This document shows, piece by piece, positions 48,703 through 61,300 of a stretch of DNA of 64,000 nt (its first letter is position 1; each line of letters opens with the position of its first letter). The stretch is taken from NCBI RefSeq assembly GCF_964204645.1, contig NC_134030.1, positions 11,987,947 through 12,051,946 on the forward strand, read 5' to 3'. The position numbers and the translations under genes were made by a program. Source of the DNA: Tubulanus polymorphus. Its lineage: Eukaryota > Animalia > Nemertea. A model generated the notes under the pieces. The model did no database searches. It was not told where the DNA came from and saw only the letters and a list, made by a program, of their open reading frames with translations.

Positions 48703-50472
48703 GGTAGCCGACCTGTTTTACTCGTCGACAATTCCGACGATTTAGAATTGCCCACCTATTATACTCGTCGATAATTCCGACGATTTAGAATTGCCCACCT
48801 ATTTTACTCGTCGACAATTCCGACGATTTAGAATTGCCAACCTATATTACTCGTAGACAATTCCGACGATTTAGAATTGCCGACCTATTTTACTCGTCGA
48901 CAATTCCGACAATTTTAAATTGCCGACCTATTTTACTCGTCGACAATTCCGACGATTTAGAATTGCCGGCCTGTTTCATTTGTCGACAATTCCGACGATT
49001 TAGAATTTCCGACCTATTTTACTCGTAGACAATTCCGACGATTTAGAATTGCCAACCTATTTTACTCGTAGACAATTCCATGGATTACCCTTATATAATG
49101 TGGCTGGGATCGAGGGGCTGTGTTTTTGCGCGGATTACCCTGATATAAAGTGGCTGGGATCGAGGGGCTGTGTGTGTGCGTGGATTACCCTTATATAATG
49201 TGGCTGGGATCGAGGGGCTGTGTTTTTGCGCGGATTACCCTGATATAAAGTGGCTGGGATCGAGGGGCTGTGTGTGTGCGTGGATTACCCTTATATAATG
49301 TGGCTGGGATCGAGGGGCTGTGTTTTTGCGCGGATTACCCTGATATAAAGTGGCTGGGATCGAGGGGCTGTGTGTGTGCGTGGATTACCCTTATATAATG
49401 TGGCTGGGATCGAGGGGCTGCGTGTTTGCGTGGATTATCCTTGAATAAGGTGGCTGGGATCGAGGGGCTGGGTGTGTGCGTGGATTACCCTGATATAATG
49501 TGGCTGGGATCGAGGGGCTGCGTGTGTGCGTGGATTACCCTGATATAATGTGGCTGGGATCGAGGGGTTGCGTGTGTGCGTGGATTACCCTGATATAATG
49601 TGGCTGGGATCGAGGGGCTGCGTGTGTGCGTGGATTACCCTGATATAATGTGGCTGGGATCGAGGGGCTGCGTGTGTGCGTGGATTACCCTGATATAATG
49701 TGGCTGGGATCGAGGGCTGTGTGTTTGCGTGGATTACCCTTGAATAAAGTGGCTGGGATCGAGGGGCTGCGTGTTTGCGTGGATTACCCTTGAATAAGGT
49801 GGCTGGGATTGAGGGGCTGTGTTTTTGCGTGGATTACCCCTGATATAAAGTGGCTGGGATCGAGGGGCTGTGTGTGTGCGTGGATTACCCTGATATAAAG
49901 TGGCTGGGATCGAGGGGCTGTGTGTGTGCGCGGATTACCCTGATATAAAGTGGCTGGGATCGAGGGGTTGTGTGTTTGCGTGGATTACCCTTGAATAAGG
50001 TGGCTGGGATCGAGGGGCTGTGTGTTTGCGTGGATTACCCTTGAATAAGGTGGCTGGGATCGAGGGGCTGGGTGTTTGTGTGGATTACCCTGATATAAAA
50101 TGGCTGGGATGAAGGACCGTGTGTAGATTACCCTTTATAGATACAAACTGCAATCGGCATCAAGTGGCCGTGTCGTTGCTTGAAAATTTATCTTCCCTTC
50201 AACAATTCTAAATCGTCGGAATTGTCTACGAGTAAAATAGGTCGGCAATTTAAAATCGTCGGAATTGTCGACGAGTAAAATAGGTCGGCAATTCTAAATC
50301 GTCGGAATTGTCTACGAGTAAAATAGGTCGGCAATTCTAAATCGTCGGAATTGTCGACGAGTAAAATAAGTCGGCAATTCTAAATCGTCGGAATTGTCGA
50401 CGAGTAAAATAGGTCGGCAATTCTAAATCGTCGGAATTGTCGACGAGTAAAATAGGTCGGCAATTAGAAACC
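48703..50472. mobile_element. foldback-like non-autonomous element: inverted arrays of a 43-bp unit flanking a 50-bp minisatellite
   Basis: 43-bp unit CGACGATTTAGAATTGCCGACCTATTTTACTCGTCGACAATTC ~8.5x at 48707-49079 and ~6x inverted at 50203-50465; ~21 50-bp units at 49080-50135; GG..CC ends; flanks GAGCCA/GAACCA. Confidence 0.7.
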
Positions 50473-50599
50473 GAACCACTCACTTCATTAAAGAAAATCC
50501 TCCACGATGGAACTATATTGACCTATTCTGGAGTTGAACCCGAATCAGGATAGCGTTAAGAGTAGTTCAGATTCAAGTAATGTCGCTATCGAAGAAGCT

Positions 50600-51040
50600 A
50601 TTCGGACGGGAAATCGTCGAGCATTATGACCGTGCCCTACAGGAAAAACGGTTGTTGCTACCAAATTTCAAAATAATGTGCTATTCGTAAAATATTACCA
50701 TGACAGTCCATGGTACCGGGCATCAAAACGAGATTGGTTTGAAGTAAGTGATTACGGAGAGAGTCTTAAACATGTATGGGGTATATATCATGTCATCTTG
50801 GAAAATGAAAGGCCTCCCACCGAAACCGAGCTCAAAAACATTATACCTACTGCCGCACGAGCCGTATCAACACGTTTCAACGACCAGGGAGTCTTAGAAT
50901 ACTATGTTTTATTTGGGCGGTTCGCTCCCCCTGCATGGCGGCCTTGGTATGAAACAACTCCTGGCACACAAAGTCAGTACGCTTCTCGTTTAAAATCTAT
51001 TTCTTCGAAACTCAGTAGTAGCTACAGTAGGTTTTCTTAA
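50600..51040 (+). pseudogene. accessory ORF remnant of the LTR element, possibly chromodomain-like
   Basis: 120-aa ORF with GVLEYYVLFGRFAPPAWRPW, a weak chromo-like pattern. Confidence 0.3.
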
Positions 51041-51916
51041 GCTTTCCAGGATATCATATGGATATCAACGATGAATTGATCAGCTTATTACTCGTACGTA
51101 TATTTTCAGTTTATTTACGCCCTGAACGGTTCAAAGATCGGATAGTTCATACGTTCAATTAATATATGCTAGTCATTTTAAGTAGAGTACATGAAATCTT
51201 TCGTAGAAAACACGCAAATAACGTCATTGTAAATCTAATACGAGACATAACTGAGATGAGTGTACGGTACGGTATGAATTTATCAATGATATAATATAAC
51301 GTGGATTAATTGAGACAGCGATGATAGGTGTTAAAACAGTTCAGTTATGCTGGTGGTATCATCTTTGCTCAATTACTATGGTTATTCTTTATTTACTTCT
51401 GACCACTTATTTTGGATGATGATAATTTTTTCCTTTTGGCTGACAAGGGTAACTGTATTTGTGTTGTGTCATTGCCTGAACTCTGCTCTGATGTCAAATG
51501 TTGCATGTTACTATCATTGTGTCACGAAGTTATTTCCAGTCAGTAATCGAAAGATCTTCAAAACAGAGAAATGCGTACTACTTGCAACTTGCATCACCAA
51601 CTGATCTTCGGGACGCTATAACTACACAACACGTCGCTACTTCTGTTCGTCGCAGAACCAACCAGAATTCGGGGATCGTTTGCAGATCATTCAAAATTAC
51701 AGTTAACGTATCATCGCATCGTCCGTATATAACGACAACATGTGACTCTTTCGTGAATGACTGATAATCCGGATGTTACTGTCCAGCGTTTGCACATTTT
51801 TGCGCGGTGAAAGTCAATCTTTCATGTTTTCGCGATGGAAGGAGTTTTGATGAACTTATAGTATCTGCGTTTTCCGCAAATTCGGAGGACCAAATTTAAT
51901 TGGACAAGGGGGCATC

Positions 51917-52010
51917 TGTCACCCTGATATAATTTGCATATTTCATAATCATATAGATCTACAATGTCATATCGAACAGTTCATAACATTTCATAGCTCT
52001 ACTACATATT

Positions 52011-52050
<40 letters not shown>

Positions 52051-52475
52051 TAATATAACTTATGACTATAGTGTCAATATGTGCTTTAAGGTCGTAATCA
52101 ACATGTGACATTACTCAACATGTTTTCACGATAATTAGCTATAGTCAGTGCTCATCGATAATTAATTAATGTCTCTCAAACATGTCACTAGGTGTTTGTT
52201 TGTGCGTCCTGATGTCTACAACTTGTCTGACACCTAGTTCTCACATTATACTCATGATTCTGTATATAAAGACTATGTAAAGCTATGATAATCATTCTCA
52301 TTCCGGGATGCAATAAAGATTGTACATATAAGGTTTAACTGCCTTGTTGTTTCTGATGGATGGAATCCTGTACCGCTGGTGTAAATGCTAGTTCCTCAGC
52401 CAGCCTGCCGATACAACAACCAGCCGGTTACAGATGGCGGAGAACCGGGTTTACCTTCACAGATCGAAGGTTACA
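51917..52475 (+). repeat. 3' LTR
   Basis: TGTCACC...GGTTACA, directly after the PPT. Confidence 0.9.
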
Positions 52476-52665
52476 ATTGTAAATAGTTGATGTATATATA
52501 TTTTGTTACGTTTTCATTCTCTAAATTTTAATCGCTTCAGTGTTGTTTTGTAAATATTTGTATATACATGTGTAATAGTTTTCCTCCATATACCATGGAA
52601 ATGGTTGGAGTGTAAATAAATCGTAATCGTAATCGTAATCGGTATCGTAATCGTAATCGTAATTG
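52476..52665 (+). repeat. probable LINE 3' tail ending in AATAAA and (TCGTAA)n
   Basis: T-rich UTR-like sequence, short stem-loop, poly(A) signal, then a hexamer microsatellite. Confidence 0.45.
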
Positions 52666-54092
52666 GAACCCAAATCTCCATGCTCTAGTTCATTTGCAAT
52701 GAAAATCTCTCGCTTCAAGTTTTCAATGAGCGATATTTTACTTACTATATATCGTCACGTGTAATCCTTTAAATATGTTATCCTACCGCTAGGTTGGATA
52801 TGATAAAACCTCACTGCAAAGGCTAGAAATCACTATAAATGTCCCAAAATTATCAAAAAAACATTTTGCAACGGCTGAAGATGTAAAGACTGGCTGCCAG
52901 GTATCACATGGTGGCAGCACTTGACGGCCCAATTTCGATTGTTGGTTCGAGTCCTGGTACTTGTCATATTTTTATTATGAATCTACGAATGTAGTCCCTC
53001 TAAAATCAATTTTACTTCGTAATATTATTTCATATTTATCAGCGCAAATCACGGATTCGGACTCACATTAGTCCGGACACATCAATTCTCGTAGACTGGT
53101 AGCCTGTCCCATTCAATATGGGAATTAATTAGGTTTTGCCCGTCCGCCATCTTCCGCGGAATATGCGGATCCAATCAGATTTCAGTATTTCATCACGTGA
53201 ACAATGTAACATGGCCGCTTATAGTCAGTAACCTGACTGTGGTTTAGTTTCACGATCGGATATTTTCGCAAACCATAGTCAAGAATAGGAAGGTCATTTT
53301 TCAATGATATCTTCGTGAGTCAATTTGACTCACGAGTAATATGCCTGGCATTTTCTGGTCTTTTGAGATATCCGTCTAATTTTTGTTGTAATCATCGTCA
53401 ATTCAACGGCGGCCATTTTGAAAAATTGTGGAGGGTACTGGCACCTGTGGACTGAGGCCAGGACCACAACACAAACTAACGAAACGAAACGACGAGATTG
53501 AAAAAAATTAAGAAATCAACACTTATTCACATTTCTCTTCAATCAGAATTAATTTTATTTATTATTTATTATGGAAAACACGAAGATTTGAAATATAAGT
53601 TGGAAAACTATCAAAAATGAAAATTATTGTTTCGTTTTGAAAGTTTTATATAAATCCTTGTAGGTCACCTTGTCTATCATGCCACATGTATGCAATACAG
53701 AGAAATTGCGGCCAATGGCGAAATTTGTGGAGAAATTAATTAATTAATTAATTCTCAAAATAATGTTGATTAATCGCTCGAAACATACATAAAATTGGAT
53801 TATTTCAAAAGATACCTGTGTTAGTGTGTGAATTAAGCCATTAATTGTGGACTGAAGTCAATAGAAAGTATATTTTTGAAGAGTTACTTTTTTCAACCGT
53901 GTTTTGGCCCTAGTCATCCCTAACGTTGGTATAAGCCCATCCCATTATAAAAAGCTTACCACCAACGATTAGGTAACTAACTAGGCAGCCTACAGACTGT
54001 CTCGATTAACGTTCCATGGATCTCTTTAAAGTCGTTTTTAAATCAATGAAGAAAGAAATTCCATTGATATTGCCAGGAAACGCTTCTGGAGG

Positions 54093-55780
54093 TTTAACAA
54101 CACTAAATATTACTGATAATTGTTATACATATTTCATCTATATTTCGTATTTCTTTATTGGTTTATGTCTCCATCTTATTACTCATTGTCCTCTGAGACT
54201 GTTTGTCTGTGTCAGAATGTGTTAATTGTTGTTTGTCTCACTGTCATGTCACTACTCGTCACCTTTGTTTTTGTATCATTTGTTTTATATAAATAGCTAT
54301 GTGTAAAAATAAAGTCAGTCCAGTTTTGGTATTCCAAACTGATAGTTCGCTCGTTACTCTTTCGTTCTGCTCCGGATTTCCGACGTCGACCATTCTTCGA
54401 GAATAGGACAGAATATAGCTTTGCTAAATTGGTGTTAGAACCGGCGGGCAAGTTTTACATTCAACTGCCCGTATAAGATCCTGGTACCGCGCTCTCACCA
54501 GCTAGTTTTCCCCATCACGATGAATATTCTACCACCGGCAGTCGTAGTAACTCTTCAAGAGGCTGGATACCACCAGGCACCTCAGAATTGGACTATTAAT
54601 GCCGAAGAAGGATGTATCAAAGTTTCACTGACATGGACAGTCCAGTCATCGAAGCCTTCGAAAGCGGTGAAATCGAAGTCTACTCTGAATCGGGACCGTA
54701 GACGTATGCAGGAATTCCTGAACCGAAGGATGCTGAAAACAGAAGTTCCGAAGTCAACGAAATCAGATAACGCTACCATGGACACAGCGGTCATGACTGT
54801 CAACACGACTCATGAAATAGGATCTCAGACAGTTGAGGACGTCATAACTACCGCTGAAATAAAGAAATTGGAAGAAATCTCGCAGAAACTTTCAGGTGAA
54901 CTTGTCGATTTGAAGGTCAATGTAGAATCAAAAAAAAGAACTATTATTGGACAACAAAAAGAAATCTTTGGACTACAATCAAAATTGGATAAATTAGAAA
55001 TGCAAAATTATCCGTGTCATTGCGCTAAAGATCCGAAAAACACTCAAACATGCGAAGATACATTAACTGATATCGGGGCTCTTTACGAAGCAGACCAACC
55101 GAAAATCATGGCTGCAAAACGATCAGGAATATTATATGAGGTCCGGGTACAAGATCCAATCTCGAGAAAATATGCTGATTTCTTTGTGCACTGGGGACAA
55201 TCATTATCATCAGTTTTCTATGACATTTTGAACAGATACGATTTGGATATGAAATCATTCACCTATCGCGAACCAAATTCCAAAAATGATTAGCTTGTGA
55301 ATGATCAATACTTTTAATGTATATATAAATATTGTTCTCAAATTGATAATTCTTCATTAAATTCATTTCATCTAATTTTCGGGGACGAAACTTTCAGAAC
55401 GTAGTGGAGGAGGATTTAACAACACTAAATATCACTGATAATTGTTATACATATTTCATCTATATTTCGTATTTCTTTATTGTCTTATGTCTCCATCTTA
55501 TTACTCGTTGTCCTCTGAGACTGTTTGTCTGTGTCAGAATGTGTTAATTGTTGTTTGTCTCACTGTCATGTCACTACTCGACTCGTCACCTTTGTTTTTG
55601 TATCTTTTTCCATGTCTCAACCTGTCTGAATCTGTGTTATATAAATAGCTATGTGTAAAAATAAAGTCAGTCCAGTTTTGGTATTCCAAACTGATAGTTC
55701 GCTCGTTACTCTTTCGTTCTGCGCCGGATTTCCGACGTCGACCATTCTTCGAGAATAGGACAGAATATAGCTTTGCTAAA
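54093..55780 (+). mobile_element. small non-autonomous LTR element with TTTA...TAAA termini
   Basis: Direct repeats 54093-54428 and 55415-55780; PBS-like TGGTGTTAGAA at 54430; TTCGGGGACGAAA and PPT GGAGGAGGA before the 3' LTR; flanks GAGG/CAGG. Confidence 0.82.
54520..55293 (+). CDS. orphan 257-aa protein with central coiled coil
   Basis: Intact ATG-TAG ORF filling the internal region of the LTR element. Confidence 0.65.
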   Translation: MNILPPAVVVTLQEAGYHQAPQNWTINAEEGCIKVSLTWTVQSSKPSKAVKSKSTLNRDRRRMQEFLNRRMLKTEVPKSTKSDNATMDTAVMTVNTTHEIGSQTVEDVITTAEIKKLEEISQKLSGELVDLKVNVESKKRTIIGQQKEIFGLQSKLDKLEMQNYPCHCAKDPKNTQTCEDTLTDIGALYEADQPKIMAAKRSGILYEVRVQDPISRKYADFFVHWGQSLSSVFYDILNRYDLDMKSFTYREPNSKND

Positions 55781-58148
55781 CAGGCACACTTGTTTAGTGT
55801 GTGTTACCGAATATATCGGTATTCAATTCAGGATGTCTGCGTTACAGCGCCGTCAAAACCTACAGGTCGTCAATCAGCAATTTGGACTGGAATCAACAAC
55901 TGACTACTACTGACATACTGCACCATGCATCAGAGGCTACTTGTTTGTTCACTCGAGGCGATTGATTGTTCTGAATGTGACATTGGACATCAGCAGTTGA
56001 TCCAGTGAAAATAAAGACATCCAGGTAACATCACTTGCTTACTTAATTCATTCAAAACAATTGTAAAAATATGAACAATTGAATATTATGAGTGCTATTT
56101 CACAAATACTATATTGATTGTCTATTGTAGATTATTGTGAGTGTTTTAGTGATGATTTTGTGAATCACAACTCGTAGGATGTAAAGGAATTGAAGTAATG
56201 CGTATCAAATTAGCTCAACAGTAAAGAATAGATTGCAATGCATTAAGGTAAGTTTGAAAAACGGATTCTGAACCATAAATTGAAAAGTCAATCCAGGTTT
56301 AATTGTAAGTGATATGTATTTTAATTTCAGAAAGATAACATCATGCAGTAATCAAAGAGAAAAAAGAATCAGCACTAGCTGTCATGAAATGAGATTCCAA
56401 ATAACGGGCGTTGAAACTCCTTGATTCTGATTAACTGATGAGGTTTATAGAGCTGGATTCTGTGAATAACTGCACTAGCAAGCCTTCAATTTGAATTGTG
56501 ATTGGATTATCTGTCTGGTCAAGGCTTGGTCTATATGATTCTAAAGACGCTATTATTCAAATCAGGGATATCAGGAGCATCTCAATTTGTCGATGATTAA
56601 AAAAACTACTGTTTTATGTCATGGAATACATAGTGTCATTGCTTATTCTCTTGTCAGGGGCTGAACAAGATTTTGTACCAGAAGTGAACAATAAGTATTG
56701 AATTCAGTGAAAAAGAGTTTGAAAGTCAATTTTGACATTGTGTGGTCCAGGAGAGGAGGATATTGCGAATTTCCAGTGTGATCTGAATAACTTGTCTGGA
56801 CCAAGTCTCTTAATTATAGTGTCCCAACTTGCTGTCTGTATCAGGAAATCAGTTGACTAAGGTAGATCCAAATATCTGATCGCACAAAGCACTAAAGAGT
56901 TCAACAATTGTGAACTTTATTCAGATACTAAATATAGTCATTTTACAAAACTGTATTAAAACATCAATTCACTAAATACATCTCACGAACGGTAGATATA
57001 GAAAAGATGTCCCCTGTTCCTTCAGAATGTTCTGTATTCAGTGACAGTCGGGGCTGAGCTCACCTCGCAATAGATTTCGATCCTGCTTGTTAGTTTGTGT
57101 TCCGAGTACCAGGTAAGTTATCAGCGGATTTATCTGATACCTACAGCAATTAATGTCTTTCCGTCCATTGTAAAGTATCCTTTTGTTTGTTGATTACATT
57201 GTTGATTTGTTGATTATTAGATGCTATTGTAATCATTTATACCAGGGCAATTTCGATATCGCTCGAAGCTAAGCCGATTCGAAGAGACGCCATCTTAACC
57301 AGGAAGTATCTTGCTTCTTTACATGTTTGACCTTATTTGACATGATCGAAAATGCAAAATGGAGGATGGGCACAACCGGTCTCTAATTGAAAATAGAGAC
57401 CGGTAACCAGTCTACAATTCTCGCTATCTGATTCATATATGAGCGATTCAAAAAGCCACCATTTTGTTTTTGCAAATCACGTAATCGGACTAATTTAAGT
57501 CCCGATCCATCATTTCCCGTTTCTGTTTCATCTATCGCCGCCATTTTGTACCATCTTGATGCAGATGAACCTAACATTACCTAAATCGCTTTAAAGACGT
57601 CGACGCAGTTGATGCCACATCATGTTCGAATCCCGACAGTGCAATAATTTTGATACCAATAATTCCCTCTTTGTGATTGAAGTGAATTAATGTTCATTGA
57701 GTATACGTGATTAAGTTTGTTTTCAAAGTTGTATAGTTCAAACATATGTGCAATATGTAAACCGTCACAGATAGATGAAAACAAAAACAACTTTTTTTAA
57801 AATCGTTGTATATTCTGAATGCAAATTCCTCACTGAACAAATTGATGCATAAAGGTAGAGCAACCTAGTATAAACGAAATTATCGATCAAAACGCGCAAG
57901 GAGAGCATGTGCGACACACAAGTTCATGCAACTGCCACCAGGGGACTTTGAAAGAACCATATCTTCCGTTGAGCCATTTTGGTACATCGATACTTTTTAC
58001 GTGGTAGCCCTTGTATGTAGCTGGATCCACATATCCAGCATAGTGTTGACCCAGGTTGCGCATCTTGGAAATAAGTCATATGTTATGGATGTAGAATTAT
58101 TTCGATGACCCTTCCCAGTGCGATATATGAACCATTTAGGCAGAAACC

Positions 58149-58379
58149 TATGGTGGCTGATTCGGGCCATGTAATAAGAAAATCACAAACGTTACAAATT
58201 TCTTTTTGCAGACGCTTAAAAGTTGTTTTATTGCGCAATAACGTGTTTAACGTGGTAATTTCTGTTTTTAACGTGGTAATTTTCGTTTTATTGCGCGATA
58301 AAACGACTTTTAGGCGTCTGTGAAAAAAAAAATTGCACCATTTGTGTTTTTTTTTAGATGGCCCGAATCAGCCACCATA
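58149..58379. mobile_element. palindromic MITE with 6-bp TSD GAAACC (IS3EU-like TAYGG...CCRTA ends)
   Basis: TIR TATGGTGGCTGATTCGGGCCAT; GAAACC on both sides; an internal second inverted repeat. Confidence 0.78.
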
Positions 58380-61300
58380 GAAACCCGTTATCGCTGCTAT
58401 GCAGCTATATTTAATATTATGTTTCGAGTCCATGCTTAATTAGCCGACATAGAAATAGTCGTCCAGCGATCAACATCGATTGAATTGTAGTTTATTTGCT
58501 ATCGATAAGAGTTTAATATTCATCACATTGAAACAGAGAAAGTACGCAGCAGTAAATTATCTAGGAGGGGTTCATTTGTGAGAATGTTGAAAAGCCATCT
58601 ACCACTTTGGGAACGAAATGCTTTTTCACCAAATCAACGATGCCGTTAGGGCCAGGGAGTCCGGTGGTCCCCCCCCCCCCCCAAAAAAAAAAAGTTGATG
58701 AAAATAAGACTTTAAATGATAATTTTTGGGGCTCCAATGCATAAATTCCTGGCCATGGATATACTCAATATACATAGCTGCCGGTTTGTACCAACATGTA
58801 CAACAACGGTTTTGTTGCCTATAAATAAAACGTGTATCATTTCACCCTATCCTATTTCCGACCATCCTCCGCGGCAGGGTTTCGAACCTCGAGATTGCCA
58901 CGGTACGAAACCCTGCCATACTAGAACGAGTGCGCGAATGTCATTATATGTCTCTCATTATATTAGATGTCATTATAAGCCAATCAGATATCCCATTTTA
59001 GTCCGGGTTTCCCATTTAGAGTTCTTCCGTGAAATGTACCTCAGCGATTACACAATCTGATTCGTGCCGCAAGTTTTCGCACGGCAAAGCTGCGCGTGTA
59101 TCTGCGCACTGGTCTAGTATGACAGGGTTCGTGCCGTTGCTGGGTGAAGCGATGCCATCAGGTTCGAATCCCAACCGAGGGAGGATGATTTCCCACGATT
59201 CTGTTGCAGAAAAGGAAAGCTTATTTAGGCGTTAATATCGCTATATGCATCGGCCCAACTCCGCGCGGTTTCGCCACCGCGTGGGATTTACGCGAAGCAG
59301 CAGGAGGCAATAAACATGGCCAAACTTCGTATATTCAAAATGTAGAAAATCTGTATGGATTTCAATTATTTCAGCTGTGAGGGTTTCAATGCACAATAAA
59401 ACTGTTTGATAGGATATGGCAGCGTTAAGGAGTGATATTGCCGCAGTGAAGCTAGTGAGGAACTGTCCCGATTGGGTGTACAGCGGTCAAAAACATGTAA
59501 ATTTGCGTGATTACGTAACTTGTTGCAGTGATTTGCAGACGAAACATGAAGCCTTTAATGGCCGTTTACAAAAAGATTATAGCAATCACAAAAGTAAGGA
59601 AATTATGAGATAGGACCTAAGTTAACATTTCTAAATTTTCTAAGACTATTTTACTTATTTTATTTCATTCACTCCAAATGTATTATAACGTACTAGCTGA
59701 ATACCCGTCTAATGGACGGCGCATAAATGCAGAATCCTGTTATTTTTTGACAACGAAAATCATTCATTAATTGGCCGGGAAATGAATCTAAATGCTTCAC
59801 ATGTTTAGAGTTCTTGGAACCAACCCCACACCCCCTACCCCGTCTGACCTGTCTGTGGTACAAAATCTATCATTCAAATTACTAACAGTAAATTCTGCCC
59901 CAGCCGTTTTTAGGCCCCTCCTCGTTCGATCTAAGCACTTTCTATATTGACGGCGCCACCCGTACGTTCATTTAAAAAGCCCTTCCATTTCAACCAACGA
60001 ATTGCATGATATTATGCTTAAATTGAGGGACTATTAATTGAAAATTGCCGTGATATTAGGATTCTGTATTTTGTATTACTATTTGACATTTATTTTTTTT
60101 ATATCTCTCACATACATTTTCTTAAGAGAGCTCCTGTCAGAATAGTACGTACATTTTGCTTTGACCCCCTCCCCGTACAAAGTTTTACATTATTTCTTTA
60201 CCCTTCCCCAAAAACCGTATGTACCATTTGAAAACTCTCTTATAAAATTTACCACGAACGCACGCATCGGCAGCCCCCAGAGCCATTCCGAGAGGCTGCG
60301 TTTGGGCCTCCCTATCTGTGGTATGGAACCATTCTGAAAAACTGCGCAATGGGCCTGTCCCCCTTCAAGAACCATTCTGAGACGTATGCGTATGGGCCGG
60401 CAACACGGTCAGGACATATCGCTAAGTCCAATCATATTAATTTTGATCCAGAGATTACGTGTGATGAATGTCTTAACCAATGTTTTAAACAACTGAGGCA
60501 CAAATCAGTGTTGAGAGAACTGTGTCGTGTGCTGTTCTGATGCTGCAGGTCAGTAAATTACTGTATGTACTACTACAGAAGCATAGTACGGTACTTTACT
60601 GTTAGATGGCGAACACATCTTTTTTAACCGAATTTTAGCGCGGGCTTAGAATGAATATTGTGACTCCCTCGGACCACTAATCTGTTTGAAACATGTAACT
60701 TGATGACTGGAAAAACTGGTATTAAGCATCAGTAAAAGGACGTTTCAATACATGCATCAATTTCCCTATAATGTGTCGCGGTAAATACCGTCTGTTCTGC
60801 TTTATAGTATAGATTATCCAGCAAGTGCTGCCAACTCAGCCAGATCAACATCTAAAAATTATAATCTTATTGGCGTCTGCTCCGCACATTAATAAAATTG
60901 CGATATTCCATCATCGATGCGGACGTTTGTTATTTTCCCAATATAAACAGTACTAGTCTACTCCGCCTAACTCGACTCTATTTGGACCGCTGTTTTTACT
61001 GAGTTAACCGAATACCGACTCAAGAGATTAAGAAATCCTAGAATGTTTACGTTGGGGATTGGTAAATTTATCACCGATGCAGTCGCTTTACCCTGTCACC
61101 GGTACCGAGTAGGGCGGAGTCTCTTGTACATAAGTTGCTATGGATGGGTTGCCTTGTTCACAATTCCACTCCCTACCTAATTTCCCCCGTTACCTCTCCC
61201 TTAACATTGACAACTACCTCTCCCTCAACATTGACAACGATCGTTGTGATCTGTGTGCTGGCTAAAAATGCACTCAAATCACGCACTACCGACCGGACCA

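Larger units (their letters stand above)
40884..52475 (+). mobile_element. non-autonomous/deleted Ty3/Gypsy LTR element (no gag, PR or RT) carrying nested DNA elements
   Basis: LTRs 40884-41427 (~24 bp deleted near its start) and 51917-52475; PBS TGGTGGAGAA at 41430; PPT AAGGGGG before 51917; integrase remnant. Confidence 0.85.

Noticed and set aside
48707-50465. 43-bp and 50-bp arrays as CRISPR arrays or coding ORFs
   Set aside because: Head-to-tail repeats without spacers.
40882-52479. ATTG as the TSD of the large LTR element
   Set aside because: The left ATTG is part of the satellite unit, the 5' LTR start is damaged, and the right flank does not resume the satellite, so the match may be chance.
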